A DNA stretch of 64,000 nucleotides from a virus. A program made the translations under genes and the position numbers. Positions 36,591 through 45,715 of this stretch are shown one piece after another. The stretch lies in the IMG/VR virus record IMGVR_UViG_3300030042_000123, positions 6,941-70,940 of that record; one strand, 5' to 3'. Position 1 is the first letter of the stretch; every line of letters begins with the position of its first letter. Below the pieces are notes generated by a model. It saw only the letters and a program-made list of their open reading frames with translations. It was not told the DNA's origin and did not search any database.

Positions 36591-38057
36591 TTATTCAGCC
36601 GAAGCTACCAGCGCCAAGCCCCTGAAAGAAGACTTCTTATTACCCTTCTCCCGGACCTTCGCAGCCGCTTCTTCGGACTCTTCCTGCATGACCTGCTTGT
36701 TCAAGGTCTTGACGGCCTCATCAGCCATCGCACCTGCGCGGAAGATACTCTCTACAAACTCGCGAACTGGACGGCTATCGTTCACCGTGCAGATCGACTT
36801 GGCGTCAAGGTAGGTCTGTTTTAGTTCCTGACCCAGCCTTTCCGCCTCCTTTACAGCTTTTTGAGCCGTCATCTCGCCAGCTAATTTGATCGGGAGCGTC
36901 GTCGTAGGACGATCCAGATGGGCGGGAGCTTCATCAATCTTGCTGTGTGCTTCGCCGATTTCTGGTGTACGTCCACCAGATTCGGTCACATCGCCTGTTG
37001 ACTGATCCCACGAGAAGAAACCAGCGGCGGCGAACTTTGCGATGACCTGATGAGCGGCTCGGAGAGCGCCCTTCTTGTCACCCTTGTTGTAGCTGGCCCA
37101 CGCCACGGCGTAAGGGTTGTCTACGTTCTCGTTCTTGAGTGCCTTCACCTGATCTTCACGACCCGGAGGAGCCACAGCGACCTTCTCGGCTGCCACGAAC
37201 CTCAGACCACCGAAGGATGCTTCCTTCTTGTCGTCCTTCTTTTCGTCCTTCTTGCCGAACGGAGGAGCTTGCTTACCACCGAAATCGCCGCCCTTCTTTG
37301 AAGAGGCGACTACGCCGGGAGCGGCAGGAGCAGGAGCGGCCTCAACTGGGCGCTGTTGGAGCTTCCCAGCCAGATTCTCAACGGCTGCCTGTACGTCCTT
37401 GTCCTGTTCGAAACCTTCGAGGCTGGTCAGCTTCTTCACCAGATCGGCGAGGAAGTCGGACGGCAGCTTGGCGAAGAGAGCATCAAGCGATCCACCGCCA
37501 GCGGCGGGGGCTGCGGGTGCGGCGGCAGGGGGAGCGACTGGAGGAGCGTCGGGCTGTGCTTCCTTTTTCTTTGCGGCAAGACGGGGAACTTCGGCTTTTT
37601 CAGGAGCCTTGGGGTTGCCCTGTTCGTCACGGTCAGTCGTGTATGCGTCATTGCCAGCGGCGGATGTCTTCTCATCGGAAGCCATCTGCGGCTGGGCGGC
37701 GGGAGCCTGTACTGGTGCCTTCTGAGTTACTTGTGCGGGACGTTGTTCCCTGCGCTTGGTTGCGATCATATCTACCTCATTCTTGGCTTGACGTGCCACT
37801 TCAGGCAGAACGGCATCGTCGAAATAATCTTCGACACTCATTGCGCCTTCGGACTGCATCTGGTCTGGCTGGCTGTGAAGCAGCGTGTCCAAATGCTTTA
37901 CGGCTTGTTCCAACTGCTGGTCGTTCTTACCTTCGGCTTGAAGAGCATTGAGGACGGATTTCCCGATGTTAACCGCATCCTGCGCCGTCTCAACGGACAA
38001 GAGAATGGTTGACTTCTTTGTCTGTGCCGCTTTGCGTTGTTCCATCAACTTGCTCAT
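36591..38057 (-). CDS. Putative internal head protein with K-X-A linkers
   Basis: KEA|Q, KEA|S, KVA|VAPPGREDQVKALK..DNPYAVAWASYNK, KGA|L, KFA|A, KLA|G; shares a motif with 11829-12902. Confidence 0.6.
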   Translation of the reverse strand: MSKLMEQRKAAQTKKSTILLSVETAQDAVNIGKSVLNALQAEGKNDQQLEQAVKHLDTLLHSQPDQMQSEGAMSVEDYFDDAVLPEVARQAKNEVDMIATKRREQRPAQVTQKAPVQAPAAQPQMASDEKTSAAGNDAYTTDRDEQGNPKAPEKAEVPRLAAKKKEAQPDAPPVAPPAAAPAAPAAGGGSLDALFAKLPSDFLADLVKKLTSLEGFEQDKDVQAAVENLAGKLQQRPVEAAPAPAAPGVVASSKKGGDFGGKQAPPFGKKDEKKDDKKEASFGGLRFVAAEKVAVAPPGREDQVKALKNENVDNPYAVAWASYNKGDKKGALRAAHQVIAKFAAAGFFSWDQSTGDVTESGGRTPEIGEAHSKIDEAPAHLDRPTTTLPIKLAGEMTAQKAVKEAERLGQELKQTYLDAKSICTVNDSRPVREFVESIFRAGAMADEAVKTLNKQVMQEESEEAAAKVREKGNKKSSFRGLALVASAE

Positions 38058-38067
38058 CGCTATCCTC

Positions 38068-38502
38068 TTAAATTGTTGTATCTATAAGCGTCGGCACCAG
38101 CATCTTCTGCCGCAAAATGTTCATCGACTGCTGAATACGCGATGTCATAACTGAGTACCAAGCTTCCGCTGCTTCGCTCGGGTTCAGCGTGACACAATCC
38201 AACTCGCCCTGAATCGGTGCTGGCTGATTCGGGTTCGACTTAGTTGGCAGAGCCAGCATAAAGCGTGCCGTCTTCGAACTCATCTGCGTCGTGATCCCCA
38301 CAATTATGTCAGTGGCGGGGAACAAGAACGTAAACGCAGGGTTCAACGGGTCTTGAAATGTTCCTGCAAGGTTCACTTGCGGATCACCGAAGGCCGCGAT
38401 ATTCGCTTTGTCGCTCGCATCAGTCGGATCACCAACAAACGTGGCTATTAGCTTCACGCTGATGATGCCGTTCGCCTGTGATACCTGCGGATGTAGTTGC
38501 AT
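38068..38502 (-). CDS. Hypothetical structural-module protein
   Basis: ORF between sheath and tube regions; stop/start overlap at 38502. Confidence 0.55.
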   Translation of the reverse strand: MQLHPQVSQANGIISVKLIATFVGDPTDASDKANIAAFGDPQVNLAGTFQDPLNPAFTFLFPATDIIVGITTQMSSKTARFMLALPTKSNPNQPAPIQGELDCVTLNPSEAAEAWYSVMTSRIQQSMNILRQKMLVPTLIDTTI

Positions 38503-38936
38503 TATGCCACTGCTCCTAATGTCTTTTGAAATTTTCGCAAGTACGTCTCAAGCTGGTGTAAGCGTTCGATGGAATCCTTCACCATACCTAAAGCCACGTT
38601 GCACGGGGTGCATAGAATCCCGCGTATTTCATCCGTTTCATGGTTATGGTCTATCGCCCACCCCTTTTTACTTCCGGGTTCGGTGTTGCCACAACTGGCG
38701 CACGTTCGACCTTGTGATTCAAAAATACGTTCTCGTTCTTCCAACGAGATGCCGTATACACGTTTAGTACGTAGTCTCTTATCTTGCATCAAAACAGCAT
38801 CCCTTGTTTCAGGGCTATCCCTACGGATTTTATTCTGGGTGTGCTGACACGACCTGCACCAAGCTTGAAACCCAGACCGCCTGCGATTGTCTCGATTGCA
38901 CTCGTCAATTGTCCCGCATTTTGTACAAACTGCCAT
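38502..38936 (-). CDS. Endonuclease VII-like homing endonuclease
   Basis: CTKC..CRSC, SQGRTCASCG...AIDHNHETDEIRGILCTPCNVALG. Confidence 0.9.
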   Translation of the reverse strand: MAVCTKCGTIDECNRDNRRRSGFQAWCRSCQHTQNKIRRDSPETRDAVLMQDKRLRTKRVYGISLEERERIFESQGRTCASCGNTEPGSKKGWAIDHNHETDEIRGILCTPCNVALGMVKDSIERLHQLETYLRKFQKTLGAVA

Positions 38937-38945
38937 GTATCCCCT

Positions 38946-41900
38946 TTATGATAGTTGGGTTTGAACAATGAACGTGACCGACACATACAAGAGACAGAAC
39001 ATCGGCTTGAAGGTGACGGTAACGTCGGCCTGTGTCGGATCGGTCGGGTCTTGCACAACCGACAAGTTCTGGTAACCGCTGATGATCTGCTGGTTAACCA
39101 AGGACGACAGGCGGGCGTTGCAGACCACCTGAATGTCGGTAACAAGCGAGTCGAGCAGCTTGCGACCGATGAACTGGTTGAGGTCGGAACGGAACACCTG
39201 CGAAACGTAGTCCGAGATCGTGGTGACTGTCGGCTCGCTGGTGAGCGGGTTCGACGGGTCAGTGGTCTTGTAGTGACGGATGAGCAGGGCACCGTTGTTG
39301 TTCAACAGGTCCGTCAAGCCATCTGACGCCATCGCGTCCAGCGTTGGGTCGTCGTAAACCACGAGCAAGCGGCTGAAGCCGACCAAGTTCTGGAACGTGA
39401 GGGACTGTGCCACATCGTTCGATGGGTTTGCGTTCAAGCCCATCATGGCGGCTGCCATGAATTCGCCACTTACCGCGTATTCCACCGCCACACCCGTGTT
39501 CGGGTCGGTGATGAGGATACCTGCGACTGGGGCACCGATTGCGATCATACGCTGATTCAACAGACCGCGAGCGTTTGCACGCATCGTGCTTGGCGTCTGG
39601 AACTGATCGTAGCCGACGAAGCCGATTGCCTCGCCCTTGTAGCGAATGTTCGCCATGGTGGTCAACTGACGGCTCAAGAACTGGTGAACAGTCGGGTCAG
39701 TGCTCAGCGGGCAGATGATGTTTGCTTTCTGGTTGGTGCCCGGGAGGTTCATGGTGAGCGTCTGGATTGCGTTCATGAAGTCCTGCGAAGTTCCCTGATT
39801 GGTGCCGGGAACCACTGGGACTTGGATGACGCCGAAGGTCTGCACGCCGTTCGCGGCCATCAACTGGATGCCGAGAGAGACGCGGTTGACCGTGTTCGGA
39901 GTACCGTAGATGGCGTAAGCAACCTTTGGGTCGGTGTAAAGATGAATCGCGTAATCAGCCGCAGTCTTCGCGGTCGTGTACGAGACGTAGTAGAACTCAC
40001 CGATGCTCGGGTCGTTGCCGCTCTTGTTGAACGTGCTGATAATCACGGAGTCGCCAGCGGTCGAACCGAAGTTCGAGATGACCGTGGTGTCGAGACCCTG
40101 AATTGCGATCAGGTTGTTCGCCTGTGCTGGGGCAATGCCGGGTGTACCAGCGTTGCGGACGGCAGCGTTTGCGCCTGTTGCGTCAGCGTACACGTTGAAG
40201 ATGAGTTTGTCGCCGGGTTCGAAGTTGTAAGCTGATGGAATGTTCGGCACACCGTAACCTGCGTGGTCGGTGGGATTGACAACCGTCACACGGAACCCAG
40301 TTGCAAGGTCCTCATAGGTCTGGTCGAGGTAGCCGATGTTGTTCAGCGAGCCCGAACCCTTCGAGTTGGGCGAAGAGACCGTATAGCTGTGCGTGACGGG
40401 GGAGGTGATTGCGTTGGTGCCGCCAGACAAATTCGTAGCGCCCGTGATTGCGGCGTTGCCTGAGGTCGTACCAGACGCGGTGCAAAGAATCTGCCCACCA
40501 TCAATCGTTTCGCCCGATGGGAACAAAGCTGCAATCGCGGCGAGGGACAGGGGCGTGCCAGCCCAGCTTGAGTAGATGGTAACGATGTCACCATTGATCG
40601 ATACTGGGTCGGCATTCAGGTCCGTAGCGTCAATCACGATTTGGACGAGGTTGCCGCCGATACCCGGGGTGGTCGCATGGAACGTCAGCGTGCCGGGACC
40701 GAACGACAGTGCCAGACTTGCTTGAACAGCGGGAACGATAGTCGCGTTGCCGTCGTTCTTGAAGGTCAGGGTAACTGTTTCATCAACCGCTGCACCTGCC
40801 TGAGCCTGTGCATCGGAGAAGTCGTTCGGGTAAACCACGCCCGTGTCTTGGAACGGCCCATTCTGAGCAACAGTGCTGGCGGCTAGGTTAAATTCCACAA
40901 GCGGAGCAACGCGGTCAAGCTCATCGGTGATGATGAACGTACCGTTGCCCGCGTATCCCGGGTTGACAACCGTGACGCTATACTGATGGTCAGCCAACTG
41001 GCTGCGGTAGTACGAAGCGTACACGTTGCTGCCCGACGCTGGGGGATTGTACAGGGTCACAAGCTGGTTTGCACCAGAGAGAGTAGCCACACGTACAGCG
41101 CCCGCAAGGAAAGCTTCCAGCGGATCGGAGCCGACGTAAACCTGAACCAACGCAGGATTGTCGGTCGTGACGCTGAGTCCGCTACCATCCACTGGTACAT
41201 CGGGGAGGGTGAAGACCGTGTTCTTGCCGTTTACAGCGCCCGCGAGCGGACGGAGATAAACTTGATCGTCCCTCAGTGCGGTGGTGATCTCAGCGGCGGT
41301 GAAGTTCGCGGATTCGCCAGCGGCGGATTGACCGATAGCCGAGGATACCGAGGCACCCCAGTTGATGGTCTGGACTGTGGAGCCATCGGGAGCAAGGATG
41401 CTGCCGAGAACGTAGTCCGTCCCCTGAACAAAGTCCGCACGATTCGGGCCGAGACCGACCTGAGTGATGGAGGAAATGTTCTGACCGGGAAGCAGATCAT
41501 ACGTGTTCTGCCACGAGTTGAAGTAATATTGGATCGTGAAGGACGTGGTAGTTCCGCCCAACGCGACTGGCGCGGAGACGGGCGAAGCCAGCGTGAAGGT
41601 CCCCGCCGCACCATTCAAGGATGCGACTGCGACGTTGTTGCCGTTCACCTGAACGATGACCTTGGTTACGTCGGTCGTGACCACGCCGCCGTTGGTCCCA
41701 TCTACGATGGGGGTGTGGGCGGTTTTGAATACTGTGTTGCTGTTGCCGCCAACGCCGCCCGTGAATGGCGTTGCACCTGCGCTCACCGTCAGCGGAGCAG
41801 TGAGGTTGCCCGTGGTCGTTGTGACCGTCAGGTAGCCGCCGTCGAGCGTCGGAATACCTGCGTTGACGAGGCTGACGAGACTGGCAAGGGTACGGGTGCC

Positions 41901-42611
41901 GCTCGGTCCATTGATGTTGATCGTGATGGCATCGGTGCCTGCACCACCAACCGCCTGAGCGTCTGGGACAGGCGAGGGGCTGGAAACGAACTGGAGGGTA
42001 ACGAGGTTACCTGTCTGGCCGGGGGTCGAGAGACCCAACACAACCGTCTGGTTTCCCGGAGGCGAGCCGCCGCCGTCAAGCACAGTCAGAGTTGCCGTGC
42101 TCGGAATCTGTGGCAGAAGATTTTCTGGGACATTGTACGGAGCCACACCACCGATGCCGATGAACGTGTCACCGCGCTTGAAGAAGTAAGTGATGAGGAT
42201 TTCGTAGCCCGTGGGGATGATGAGTTGCGTTGTGAACGTACCCGTTGCGCCGTTCAGTGAAATCACTGTTACGGGAACGATGTTACCGTTCTGGTCAATC
42301 GACTCAACCTGAACGTCGGCGGGGTTGTTCGAAATCACGCCCTTGCCAGTACCGTCCGTGACCGGGAAAAAGCTGGTCTGGAATGTGCGGGTCAACCCTG
42401 TGACTTGGTTCGAAATGTTCTCGCTGACCGACTGGTCATCCTGAACTGAGGAGGAACCACGGAACAACTCAACGTTGTTGTTGCTGAAAAACTGTTGACC
42501 TTCACCGATAATCACGGGAATACGGGCAGTCCCCAGCGTAGGAGCCGCGTTGGTTTGCAGAACTACTTGAGTGTAGACGCCCGGTGGTGCGTAGGATGTG
42601 AACAGTGCCAT
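38946..42611 (-). CDS. Tail sheath protein (large, with inserted domains)
   Basis: YAPPGVYTQV N-terminus; C-terminal sheath signature (G...L.....A.LIRHYKTT, DYVSQ.FR..L..FIG, V.QDPTDPTQADVTVTFKP...LLYVSVTF). Confidence 0.9.
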   Translation of the reverse strand: MALFTSYAPPGVYTQVVLQTNAAPTLGTARIPVIIGEGQQFFSNNNVELFRGSSSVQDDQSVSENISNQVTGLTRTFQTSFFPVTDGTGKGVISNNPADVQVESIDQNGNIVPVTVISLNGATGTFTTQLIIPTGYEILITYFFKRGDTFIGIGGVAPYNVPENLLPQIPSTATLTVLDGGGSPPGNQTVVLGLSTPGQTGNLVTLQFVSSPSPVPDAQAVGGAGTDAITININGPSGTRTLASLVSLVNAGIPTLDGGYLTVTTTTGNLTAPLTVSAGATPFTGGVGGNSNTVFKTAHTPIVDGTNGGVVTTDVTKVIVQVNGNNVAVASLNGAAGTFTLASPVSAPVALGGTTTSFTIQYYFNSWQNTYDLLPGQNISSITQVGLGPNRADFVQGTDYVLGSILAPDGSTVQTINWGASVSSAIGQSAAGESANFTAAEITTALRDDQVYLRPLAGAVNGKNTVFTLPDVPVDGSGLSVTTDNPALVQVYVGSDPLEAFLAGAVRVATLSGANQLVTLYNPPASGSNVYASYYRSQLADHQYSVTVVNPGYAGNGTFIITDELDRVAPLVEFNLAASTVAQNGPFQDTGVVYPNDFSDAQAQAGAAVDETVTLTFKNDGNATIVPAVQASLALSFGPGTLTFHATTPGIGGNLVQIVIDATDLNADPVSINGDIVTIYSSWAGTPLSLAAIAALFPSGETIDGGQILCTASGTTSGNAAITGATNLSGGTNAITSPVTHSYTVSSPNSKGSGSLNNIGYLDQTYEDLATGFRVTVVNPTDHAGYGVPNIPSAYNFEPGDKLIFNVYADATGANAAVRNAGTPGIAPAQANNLIAIQGLDTTVISNFGSTAGDSVIISTFNKSGNDPSIGEFYYVSYTTAKTAADYAIHLYTDPKVAYAIYGTPNTVNRVSLGIQLMAANGVQTFGVIQVPVVPGTNQGTSQDFMNAIQTLTMNLPGTNQKANIICPLSTDPTVHQFLSRQLTTMANIRYKGEAIGFVGYDQFQTPSTMRANARGLLNQRMIAIGAPVAGILITDPNTGVAVEYAVSGEFMAAAMMGLNANPSNDVAQSLTFQNLVGFSRLLVVYDDPTLDAMASDGLTDLLNNNGALLIRHYKTTDPSNPLTSEPTVTTISDYVSQVFRSDLNQFIGRKLLDSLVTDIQVVCNARLSSLVNQQIISGYQNLSVVQDPTDPTQADVTVTFKPMFCLLYVSVTFIVQTQLS

Positions 42612-42689
42612 GGGTTTTCCCTCTTAAAATTGACTTCAATCTAGGAGACTGGAAGTCGATTTCTCTCGTTAATCTAAGATTTTCAGCCC

Positions 42690-43028
42690 TTACTTTCCGT
42701 TTGTCGGAACAAAATCGAGCGGCCTATTGTGGGCTTTGTACTCGTCTTGTCCAACCTTCGTCAGTGCGGGTTTACCGCTTTCCTTGCGAACCTTGTCGCG
42801 AACTTCTTGCCGCTTGTTGATGCGATCCCATCGTTTCTCAGCGTCACGCCCGATTACAACATCCAAAGAAGCCTGACCCATACCACTCGTCGCTACATAC
42901 GGTGCATAGATCGTTTGTTCGCACCGCTTACCGCACTTCGGACATTTCTTATAGCTCGGCTGCTCCCCTATCGGGCAAAGATGCTCCAGAACGAGGTCGC
43001 AGTCGTGGCATTTGAATTCATAAGTCAT
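42690..43028 (-). CDS. FmdB-like zinc-ribbon protein
   Basis: MTYEFKCHDC...FE......CPKCG. Confidence 0.7.
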   Translation of the reverse strand: MTYEFKCHDCDLVLEHLCPIGEQPSYKKCPKCGKRCEQTIYAPYVATSGMGQASLDVVIGRDAEKRWDRINKRQEVRDKVRKESGKPALTKVGQDEYKAHNRPLDFVPTNGK

Positions 43029-43083
43029 TGAAAACTCCCCAGAAAACGTCTCTGATTGTGGCTTCTAAAGTCCATTTTTCCGC

Positions 43084-45123
43084 TTACACATAACTCGGGA
43101 TGAACATCGTCGCACCGAATGCCTCTACCCGTGGCGTGGCTTGGAGGTTTCCACCCCAGCTACCTACCGTGGGCTTGTTGACAATCTCGAAGCTGACCAA
43201 TCTCGTCACCAGCGGCTTGTATACCTTCCAGTCTGCGGAAGCCGTCACGGTCACGTTGTAGATGTAGTTTGACGCCGTACCCGATGCGTCACGGGCTTCG
43301 CCCACGTAGTCGCGAGTCGCCTCGAAGATCGTTAAGCCGTCCGCCTCCACGTTCTTGCGGCTAGTGATAAGGAGGTGCTGCTTAATCATCTCGGCCAGAT
43401 CGGATGAGGTCTGAAGGTCGTTGGACTTGATCTCCAACGTGAAAGTCAGGTTCTCCTTTGATCCGTATACTTGGTAAGTCTCTGTTAATGAAGGACTTAT
43501 GATGATTGCCGACTGATCGCCGACGACGGCTATGTCACCAAACGCCAACCACAAACCCGGGAAAACGTAGGCTCGATTGCCGTTTTGGTCGAGCAGCGGC
43601 TTCCCAGCCGAGGTCTGGACAACCCCCACCAGTGAACTCGGATCGGCATCAGCTACCCACTCGGCGGATACGGGGCTCCACTTACCTTCTTGATTCGGAT
43701 CGGGCTTCGCCCACTCGATTGTCATAGGATCGACGATCACTAAGCTGTTGATTTCCCATTTCTTGGCGATAGCCTTAAACGTGCCCGCGTCGATACGGAT
43801 GTCGTACCGATACGTGTCCCCCGGCTGAAGCAGGACGGGAAGTGTGATCGTGCCATCGGAGTTCACGGTCGGATCGGTGAAGTTCCCTTGCGTGGTGTGG
43901 ATGAACACCTGATTCGGAGCCAAACTCTGACTCGGCAGCATTCCGATGTTGATGATGTTTTCGGGATTGACGGGCGGCGTCGTGTAGGGGTTGAGCTTCG
44001 CTATCATGTTCGCCGTGATGGTACTCCCGGGCGGCGACTGGGACGCAAGCTGGATGTACTGGGGGCTGCCATAAAAGCGGAAGTCGATGCCGGGGCGAAG
44101 CTGATAGCCGTTCTGATCGGTGAAAGTCACCGTCACGTACTGGCCTGAAATGCCCAGAACCTCTTGTCCGCCTACGGTGGACTTGCAAATCAACTCGGTG
44201 ACCGGCCGCTCGTACCAGTAATCGGTGTTGGGATTGAGCGCGGTGCCGTTAGAGAAGGTAAGCCAAAGCTGGGTGCACGGGTTGATGAGGGTGATCGTGC
44301 CGCCGAACGACGAGTTCATGGCATTGAAAGCCACGGCTAAGCCCGTTGACGGGTCCGTCGCTATCAGCGTGTTCAAGTCTACTAGCTGGGACACTTGGGT
44401 TACGGCGGTGCCCGTGTCGTTACTGAGGTTGGTGTAGTTTGGGCCGAGGAAGTTTGCTGTAAATTGTGACGGGCTGGCGTTCAAAATCGTCACCGTTTGC
44501 CCATTCAAAAAGGGTTCCACAGCGCCATCGAGGGTCACTTTCATTCCCGCCTGAAAATTGTTAGTAGCTAAAACGGTGAGTATACCTGCTTGCGGCGGCG
44601 AAGCCACGGACCCTTTGATCGACGTACCCGTAATGTTTGCTGTCAAGGTGACTGGGGTTGGGTCTACAATGTTCGGGCGGAATGTAACCACCGAACCCAT
44701 CGCCTCGCCCTGACCTTTGCCTTCGACCCAGATGTATTTCTGAACAGTCAAGCCGATGTCGCGAGTCTCCTCGCTCACATAGTCGATGTTCATGTAATAG
44801 ACGCCCGCTTGGGGAGTCTTTTGCGTGGGGTCAACCTCTTTCGTCCATTCGACGAAGAGACCGTCCTTGTCGGCTACCTTACAAAGGATGGCTCGACCAC
44901 GCTGGGTGCACATGTAGTAATCGAAGGATAATCTGTTTCCAGAGGTGGTGACAGTCTTGACGATGACCTGAAGGTCTTTCCACCGCAGAGCAGTCGTGGG
45001 ATTGCTCATGGCGGGGATAGTCACATCGCCCAGAGCGTTGCGGAACCTTGGGTTCTTCTCAACAATTGGACGGATGAGTCGTTGCAGATACGCAACTAAG
45101 TTCGCGCCTGTGAGATCAATCAC
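43084..45123 (-). CDS. Putative tail completion/neck protein
   Basis: Large beta-rich ORF directly upstream of the sheath; no family recognised. Confidence 0.45.
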   Translation of the reverse strand: MIDLTGANLVAYLQRLIRPIVEKNPRFRNALGDVTIPAMSNPTTALRWKDLQVIVKTVTTSGNRLSFDYYMCTQRGRAILCKVADKDGLFVEWTKEVDPTQKTPQAGVYYMNIDYVSEETRDIGLTVQKYIWVEGKGQGEAMGSVVTFRPNIVDPTPVTLTANITGTSIKGSVASPPQAGILTVLATNNFQAGMKVTLDGAVEPFLNGQTVTILNASPSQFTANFLGPNYTNLSNDTGTAVTQVSQLVDLNTLIATDPSTGLAVAFNAMNSSFGGTITLINPCTQLWLTFSNGTALNPNTDYWYERPVTELICKSTVGGQEVLGISGQYVTVTFTDQNGYQLRPGIDFRFYGSPQYIQLASQSPPGSTITANMIAKLNPYTTPPVNPENIINIGMLPSQSLAPNQVFIHTTQGNFTDPTVNSDGTITLPVLLQPGDTYRYDIRIDAGTFKAIAKKWEINSLVIVDPMTIEWAKPDPNQEGKWSPVSAEWVADADPSSLVGVVQTSAGKPLLDQNGNRAYVFPGLWLAFGDIAVVGDQSAIIISPSLTETYQVYGSKENLTFTLEIKSNDLQTSSDLAEMIKQHLLITSRKNVEADGLTIFEATRDYVGEARDASGTASNYIYNVTVTASADWKVYKPLVTRLVSFEIVNKPTVGSWGGNLQATPRVEAFGATMFIPSYV

Positions 45124-45160
45124 GGTTAAATCCCTCTGTTATTGCAACAGAAAGTCCGTT

Positions 45161-45682
45161 TTACCAACCGCCCGAACCACCACGGTTCGGATGGCCTGTA
45201 GACAGATCGTCCACAGCGCCGAAGTCTTCGTGATCGACGATGGTGACGGGCTGTGCGTCGTAATTGACGCCCGGAGGAGGCGGTGGAACCGTCTGCTGGA
45301 TAGGCTCGATCCACTGGTCAATGGAGCGGCGAACGTCGTAAACGCTAACCTGAGCGTGAATGCGTGGATACCAGCGGTTCTCGATTTCAACCTGACCACG
45401 GTAGTCGTAGCCCAAAATCCACCACTGGCTGCCGTCATGTGCTTGGAAGATCGCACCCGGCATCATGTAGGCGAAGAAAACTTCATCACCTTCGATAGGC
45501 GACAGGGGGTTAGGCATGAGCAAGTTGCCCGGATTTGGAGCAAACTGAGCGAAGGTAGAGGTACGGAAGTCGTCAGGGTCACCGACCATCTTCTGGAGTT
45601 CGGGGTTCCCGTTCGGCAGGTCTTCTTCGGTCAGGATACGAGCGGTCTTGGCGACCGCGCTTGCTAGTGCGTTTGCGTCCAT
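45161..45682 (-). CDS. Hypothetical virion-module protein
   Basis: GAGGG RBS; AKTA| near the N-terminus. Confidence 0.55.
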   Translation of the reverse strand: MDANALASAVAKTARILTEEDLPNGNPELQKMVGDPDDFRTSTFAQFAPNPGNLLMPNPLSPIEGDEVFFAYMMPGAIFQAHDGSQWWILGYDYRGQVEIENRWYPRIHAQVSVYDVRRSIDQWIEPIQQTVPPPPPGVNYDAQPVTIVDHEDFGAVDDLSTGHPNRGGSGGW

Positions 45683-45715
45683 GGTATGCCCTCTAAATAG
45701 GTCTCCGAAAGTCCG

